From Escherichia coli (lineage in GTDB: Bacteria > Pseudomonadota > Gammaproteobacteria > Enterobacterales > Enterobacteriaceae), in NCBI RefSeq assembly GCF_024298765.1, contig NZ_CP101210.1: a stretch of 64,000 nt of DNA. One strand, written 5' to 3'. The position numbers and the translations under genes were made by a program. Positions 58,843 through 64,000 of this stretch are shown one piece after another (position 1 is the first letter of the stretch; every line of letters begins with the position of its first letter). A model generated the notes under the pieces. It was not told the DNA's origin and ran no database searches. It worked only from the letters and a program-made list of their open reading frames with translations.

Positions 58843-61385
58843 GATTTCACCTGCGACGTGGGAACATATTCGCACTGCGCCACCATCTCAACAGGGCCGT
58901 TAAACGCCGTCACCTGCTCCACTGTTCCGTTGTACTTCTCAATTTCCACCAGCGTGGTATGCGCACTGGTCGCCTGCGCCAACTGCGAAGTACCGATGTC
59001 GATGGTCAACACGTTGGGGTTACCGTATTTGCACAGCGCACCAGGCTCGCCGCCTTTATCTGGATCGTACCATGCCCCTTCATGAATTCGCGCCACGCCG
59101 GGTGCATAGCGGTCAGAAACCACTGCCCCTGCCAACACCTGACCGCGAGCGTTAAACACGCGTACCACATCACCGTTACGAATACCGCGCGCGCTGGCAT
59201 CCTGCGGGTTAATGAACACTGGCTCTTTGCCCGCTACCGTATATTGCTGACGCAGCGTTTCCGACTCACATAACTGCGAGTGAAGTCGGAAATCCGGATG
59301 CACAGATTGCAGATGCAACGGATACTTCTGCGAGCCGGGCCCACCGTGGGAGCGTTCGATTTTCTCAAACCACATCGGATGCCCCTGACAATCGTCGTAG
59401 TTCATATCAGCGATGGTTTTCGAGTAGATCTCAATCAGGCCACTCGGCGTGCCCAGCGGTTCGAGATCCGGATCTTCGCGGAATGCCTGGTGGCGAACAA
59501 ACATCTGCGGATGGTCAAACTCGACGTACTCTTTATTATTCCAGAAGTCATCAAACGCTGGCAGATGAACGCCGCGTCCTTTGCCCTGTTGTACACCTTC
59601 CTGCCAGATGCGTTTCAGCCAGCCCATTTCGTCCAGCCCTTCGGTAAAGGCTTCTTCGCGATTAAAGCGACGGCACAGCTCGCGGAAAATATCGAAGTCG
59701 TTGCGCGCCTCGAACTGCGGCGGCACGACCTGTTTCATGGCGATAATGCCACGATTGGAGTGGTTGCCGTACTGGTCGAGATCGTTACGCTCAAACTGCG
59801 TGGTCGCAGGCAGCACGATATCGGCAAAGCGGCAGGTTGAGGTCCACTGGTTATCTATGGCGATAACCGTTTCCAGCTTGCGCCAGCCTTCAATAATGCG
59901 GTTGATCTGCTGATGGCGATGGAACGGGTTAGTTCCGGCAAAAATACACATTTTCAGCGGCGGTAGTTTTACCGATTTACCGTTCCAGTTGATCACTTTC
60001 CCCGGTTCGAGGATCGCATCGATAAAACGGGCAATCGGAATGGTGCTGCTGTAGCCTTTGTAGTCGCTGTTGTCGTGAACAGGCGGAATCGACGTAGAGC
60101 CGGAGAAACCACTCAGAATAACGCCTTTACGCCCCGGCGTGCCTGCGCCGTTATAGTGCCAGCCAAAACCAAAACCTCCACCTGGCAGGCCAATTTGCCC
60201 CAACATCGCCGCCAGAACGACAATCATCCACGCCCACTGTTCACCGTGCTGCATACGCTGCACGCACCAGCCAGCAATAATCTGCGTTCTGTTCGCCGCC
60301 ATCTGCCGCGCCAGCCCACGAATGGTTTCGGCATTAATACCTGTCAGTTTTTCAGCCCATGCGGCATCTTTCGGCTGACCGTCTTTCTCACCCAGCAGAT
60401 ACGGCAGGAACTGCTCAAAACCTACACAGTAGTTAGCGAGGAAGTTTTTGTCGTACAGGTTTTCACTGTACAGCGTATGCGCCAGAGCCAGTTGCAGCGG
60501 CACGTCAGTTTGCGGGTTAACCGCAATGTGCTTCACATGCTCGCGCCCCAGATACTCATGGGTGGATGTGACAACCGGATCGATGCTGATGACCTCAATT
60601 TCACCGGCGGCGACTTTCGCTTTTAGCTGCTCGTAATATTCATAAACATCGTGATCCGGGCACCACCAGTTCGCTTGCTGGTTTTTCAGCAAATCGGAGC
60701 CCCACAGCACAATGGTTTTGCTGTTCTGCAATACCAGCGGCCAGGAGGTTTGCTGTTCATACACTTCCATCGAACCGACTACGCGCGGCAGGATCACCTG
60801 CGCAGCCCCGGTAGAGTAATCTCCGCCTGTACCCACGCTATTACCATGCAAGGCAATCGCTTTCGCCAGCATCCCCGAAGCGTTATGGAACATCCCCGTC
60901 GATTGCCAACCACTGGCGGTCAGCAAGGCACTCGGCCCGTGAATTTTCTGTACGCGTTCCAGTTCTTCATAGAACATGTCGAGGGCTTCATCCCAGCTCA
61001 CGCGCACAAAACGGTTATCACCGCGCTGGGAGGTGTCTCTCAGATGGCGCTTACGCAGCCAGTCCACGCGTACCATCGGGTAACGAATACGCGCCGCGTT
61101 GTGTACATGATCCGGCAATCCGGCGATCATTTTCGACGGATATTTATCCAGTTCGAACGGTTTTGCTGCCACAAAGCGACCCTCCTTCACCGTCGCGCGG
61201 ATAGCCCCCCAGTGCGACCCGGTAAGAATGCCCTCTTTCGAGATGACAGCCTCAGTCGCCGCTTGCGCCGCAGTCGCACGGCGCGGCGTTAACAATGACG
61301 GCCCCAGCATCCCGGCGACGGTTAAGCCGCCGAGTTGTGCCAGAAAACGCCGACGTGATGCCTGAAAGAGATCGTTATTGTTCAT
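58839..61385 (-). CDS. torA: Trimethylamine-N-oxide reductase TorA (molybdoenzyme, Tat signal)
   Basis: 848-aa ORF starting [32 protein letters not shown], a twin-arginine signal. Confidence 0.96.
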   Translation of the reverse strand: MNNNDLFQASRRRFLAQLGGLTVAGMLGPSLLTPRRATAAQAATEAVISKEGILTGSHWGAIRATVKEGRFVAAKPFELDKYPSKMIAGLPDHVHNAARIRYPMVRVDWLRKRHLRDTSQRGDNRFVRVSWDEALDMFYEELERVQKIHGPSALLTASGWQSTGMFHNASGMLAKAIALHGNSVGTGGDYSTGAAQVILPRVVGSMEVYEQQTSWPLVLQNSKTIVLWGSDLLKNQQANWWCPDHDVYEYYEQLKAKVAAGEIEVISIDPVVTSTHEYLGREHVKHIAVNPQTDVPLQLALAHTLYSENLYDKNFLANYCVGFEQFLPYLLGEKDGQPKDAAWAEKLTGINAETIRGLARQMAANRTQIIAGWCVQRMQHGEQWAWMIVVLAAMLGQIGLPGGGFGFGWHYNGAGTPGRKGVILSGFSGSTSIPPVHDNSDYKGYSSTIPIARFIDAILEPGKVINWNGKSVKLPPLKMCIFAGTNPFHRHQQINRIIEGWRKLETVIAIDNQWTSTCRFADIVLPATTQFERNDLDQYGNHSNRGIIAMKQVVPPQFEARNDFDIFRELCRRFNREEAFTEGLDEMGWLKRIWQEGVQQGKGRGVHLPAFDDFWNNKEYVEFDHPQMFVRHQAFREDPDLEPLGTPSGLIEIYSKTIADMNYDDCQGHPMWFEKIERSHGGPGSQKYPLHLQSVHPDFRLHSQLCESETLRQQYTVAGKEPVFINPQDASARGIRNGDVVRVFNARGQVLAGAVVSDRYAPGVARIHEGAWYDPDKGGEPGALCKYGNPNVLTIDIGTSQLAQATSAHTTLVEIEKYNGTVEQVTAFNGPVEMVAQCEYVPTSQVKS

Positions 61386-62557
61386 TATTTTTCTTCCTTC
61401 TTATCGCCGTGAGCTTTACCTGCGGTGTCAGACGCATTCATTTGCAGATATTTCAACAAGGTGCGTTCTTCACGTTTATCGAGGCTGGTAAAGCCAATCA
61501 TGCCGTTGAGCGTGCCGATCCAACCGTTAGCGTCAAAGTGGGATATTTCCGGTGCGCCGTGGCACTGGTTACAGGTGCCGTTGTACAGCGAATCCGCATA
61601 AGCCCAGATCGGTTTGATATCGTTCACCATGTCGCCTTTCTTCATCCACGCAGTAGCCTGCAACTTGCTCCACTCGGTATTGGTGTCGGCAACGGTGGTT
61701 TTCTCCAGCGTTTTCACCTGCTGCTGCACATCACCACGAATCGAGGCAACAAAGATGCGTTTACCTGGGAATTGGGTGAGTACACGCTGACGTCCTGCAC
61801 TTTCCGTCCAACCAGTGATTTCAATTTGCAGCCAGTCGCCGTCACGTTTAAGGACTTTCACTTCCGAAGCAGGCAGCAGAGAACCAGACGCTTCTTTATC
61901 GCCTTTCGCCGCATAAATCGGCTTAATATCAATGGAGTACAGCGTGTCACCACTATCATTAGCACTGGCGCGCAGCTCATCGAACTGCTTACGGAAGCCA
62001 CTACTCATATCCGGTAACTGGTGGGCAATACCTTTATGACAGTCGATGCAGGATTGATTATCTTTCGCTGCCACCTTCATCTGACGCGCCGCTTCAGGAT
62101 GCTGCTTGGCATGATCCATCGCATCGTAGTTATGGCAGGAGCGACAGGTTGCCGAGTTGTTTTCTTTCATTCGCGCCCATTCACGCTCGGCAAGTTCCGC
62201 GCGTTTGGCTTCGAATTTTTCAGGTGTATCAATGGAGTGGGCAATAAAGGTCTGGTAAATGTCGTTGCTCGCTTCCAGTTTGCGCTTCACCATGCCTGGA
62301 ATATCCGGCGGGATATGACAGTCATGGCATTCAGCTCGCACGCCGGAGGCGTTCTGGAAGTGCACCGACTGTTTATATTCTTCATACACCGGTTGCATAC
62401 TGTGGCAACTGACACAAAATTCGGTTGTGCTGGTGACTTTGATCCCAACGTGTGGCAATACAATCAGCGCAATGCCAATCACAATCCCAATAGCGACCAG
62501 CGCCAGTACCGACCAACGAGCACTGGGTCGGCGTAGCGCGTTCCAGAGTTTCCGCAT
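61385..62557 (-). CDS. torC: Pentahaem c-type cytochrome TorC
   Basis: 390-aa ORF with five CxxCH motifs (CVSCH, CHDCH, CRSCH, CIDCH, CNQCH). Confidence 0.96.
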   Translation of the reverse strand: MRKLWNALRRPSARWSVLALVAIGIVIGIALIVLPHVGIKVTSTTEFCVSCHSMQPVYEEYKQSVHFQNASGVRAECHDCHIPPDIPGMVKRKLEASNDIYQTFIAHSIDTPEKFEAKRAELAEREWARMKENNSATCRSCHNYDAMDHAKQHPEAARQMKVAAKDNQSCIDCHKGIAHQLPDMSSGFRKQFDELRASANDSGDTLYSIDIKPIYAAKGDKEASGSLLPASEVKVLKRDGDWLQIEITGWTESAGRQRVLTQFPGKRIFVASIRGDVQQQVKTLEKTTVADTNTEWSKLQATAWMKKGDMVNDIKPIWAYADSLYNGTCNQCHGAPEISHFDANGWIGTLNGMIGFTSLDKREERTLLKYLQMNASDTAGKAHGDKKEEK

Positions 62558-62605
62558 AATAGCCCCTGTAAAATTATGGTTTAGTGAAGCGATCTTAATG
62601 AGTAA

Positions 62606-62668
62606 ATATGAACAGCGGCACTGGTCAGGATGAACGGCTTACGGCAGAATATGAACAGATATGAACAG
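62606..62668 (-). promoter_or_regulatory. tor boxes (TorR binding decamers) in the torC-torR intergenic region
   Basis: The minus-strand decamer CTGTTCATAT occurs at 62606-62615, 62649-62658 and 62659-62668. A degenerate copy (CCGTTCATCC) lies at 62628-62637. Confidence 0.85.
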
Positions 62669-62686
62669 AATGAGTAAAACCCTCTG

Positions 62687-63379
62687 ATGCCACATCACAT
62701 TGTTATTGTTGAAGATGAGCCGGTTACCCAGGCGCGATTACAATCCTACTTCACTCAGGAGGGGTATACCGTTTCCGTTACGGCGAGCGGTGCCGGGCTG
62801 CGGGAAATTATGCAGAATCAGCCGGTGGATTTAATTCTGCTGGATATTAATTTGCCCGATGAAAATGGCCTGATGTTAACCCGCGCCCTGCGAGAACGCT
62901 CAACGGTGGGGATTATTCTGGTTACGGGACGCAGCGATCGGATTGACCGTATTGTTGGGCTGGAAATGGGCGCAGACGATTACGTCACCAAACCGCTGGA
63001 ACTGCGCGAACTGGTAGTACGGGTGAAAAATCTGCTCTGGCGAATCGACCTCGCGCGACAAGCTCAACCGCACACACAGGACAACTGCTATCGCTTTGCC
63101 GGTTATTGCCTGAATGTGTCGCGCCATACGCTGGAGCGGGATGGCGAGCCGATTAAACTGACCCGCGCAGAGTATGAAATGTTGGTGGCATTTGTGACGA
63201 ATCCGGGCGAAATTCTTAGCCGTGAACGTCTGCTGCGTATGCTCTCTGCGCGTCGGGTGGAAAACCCTGACTTGCGCACCGTCGATGTGTTAATTCGTCG
63301 TTTACGCCATAAACTCAGCGCGGATTTACTGGTGACGCAACATGGCGAAGGTTATTTCTTAGCCGCTGATGTGTGCTGA
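62687..63379 (+). CDS. torR: OmpR-family response regulator TorR
   Basis: 230-aa ORF with a receiver domain (IVIVEDEPV...LDINLPDENG) and a winged-helix domain. Confidence 0.95.
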   Translation: MPHHIVIVEDEPVTQARLQSYFTQEGYTVSVTASGAGLREIMQNQPVDLILLDINLPDENGLMLTRALRERSTVGIILVTGRSDRIDRIVGLEMGADDYVTKPLELRELVVRVKNLLWRIDLARQAQPHTQDNCYRFAGYCLNVSRHTLERDGEPIKLTRAEYEMLVAFVTNPGEILSRERLLRMLSARRVENPDLRTVDVLIRRLRHKLSADLLVTQHGEGYFLAADVC

Positions 63380-64000
63380 TAAAAATAGACCGGACGAAAT
63401 CCCCCTGGTGACAGCGAGCGGCGGATATGTTCACGGTCGGCATTTTTCGGCGTCATGACTAAAATCGGTGGGCTGACATTATCAGACACCGATTGCCCCT
63501 GTAATTGCCTGATGGCCTGCTCAACCGCCAGTTCCCCCTGCCAGACCATTTGATCGCTGGCAGCCATAATGACTCTCCCTCGCTTCAGGCCTCGGTATAC
63601 CTGATGCGACAGATAAAACGATACCACGGTAAGCGGCGTTTTCAGGTTACGCCCTTCCCCCATTGCCGCCTCTGCCGCAATGGCCGTTCCGGCAACGACG
63701 TCGATTTCTGGATGGCGCTCCAGCATCTCCTGCAACAGGTTACGCTGGATTTCAATATCGTTGTCACCGAGCGCAATATCGACAATACGCACCGGGCTTC
63801 CGGCAATGGCTGCGCGAAAACCCTCGACCATCTCCTTACTACCCCCGGCGTTATCGGGGCCGGGCATCAACAGCACGTTCAGTGGTTTACCGTGCGCCCA
63901 TTGCACAAGATATCGCCCTGGTTGATAGCCCATCTGAAACCAGGGCACACCAACGCGGCTTTTCACGTGGGGAGCATCAATAGCATTTACCAGTTCGATC
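63352..64000 (-). CDS. torT: Periplasmic TMAO-binding protein TorT, C-terminal part (5' end lies beyond the window end)
   Basis: ORF 63352..63966 (…VGVPWFQMGYQPGRYLVQWAHGKPLNVLLMPGPDNAGGSKEMVEGF…) stays open to the window edge. It overlaps the torR 3' end convergently by 28 nt. Confidence 0.9.
   Translation of the reverse strand, partial: IELVNAIDAPHVKSRVGVPWFQMGYQPGRYLVQWAHGKPLNVLLMPGPDNAGGSKEMVEGFRAAIAGSPVRIVDIALGDNDIEIQRNLLQEMLERHPEIDVVAGTAIAAEAAMGEGRNLKTPLTVVSFYLSHQVYRGLKRGRVIMAASDQMVWQGELAVEQAIRQLQGQSVSDNVSPPILVMTPKNADREHIRRSLSPGGFRPVYFYQHTSAAKK

Overview
The window is Escherichia coli chromosome. By my recollection of the K-12 map (not database-checked) it is colinear with the rimJ-to-torT interval and inverted relative to it. 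Gene order is rimJ', mdtH, grxB, yceB, pyrC, dinI, bssS, solA, yceO, yceJ, yceI, trhO(yceA), lpxL, mdtG (split), msyB, yceK, opgHG, opgC, clsC, ymdB, ymdA, csgCAB/csgDEFG, ycdZ, ycdY, ycdX, ghrA, serX, a variable segment, phoH, efeBOU, putP/putA, rutR/rutABCDEFG, ymdF, wrbA, yccJ, agp, cbpAM, torDAC, torR, torT'. Most of this is ordinary core genome, and its regulatory sites are readable in the sequence: a LexA box, Pho box, Fur box, GTTGCA PutA operators, a sigma-54 promoter, tor boxes and REP/BIME repeats. Two accessory segments stand out. (1) A 4,306-bp, visibly AT-richer element at about 10651-14956 splits mdtG with no loss of host bases. It carries a large serine recombinase 39 nt from its left end, a 1.14-kb stretch with no ORF in any frame that is full of short repeats and hairpins, a small resolvase/invertase-type serine recombinase, and a convergent 227-aa membrane plus coiled-coil protein of unknown function. 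I found no Xis/RDF, Mob, Rep or cargo gene I recognise. This is the best candidate for an undescribed system. (2) Downstream of tRNA-Ser(GGA), a 181-bp unit containing the tRNA 3' end and its terminator is present three times. The third copy is hit by a frameshifted IS3-family element with a 3-bp target duplication. A DUF2726-like ORF follows, where I recall K-12 having ycdU-ycdT-pgaABCD. All homology statements come from my own reading of the translations, since no searches were run.
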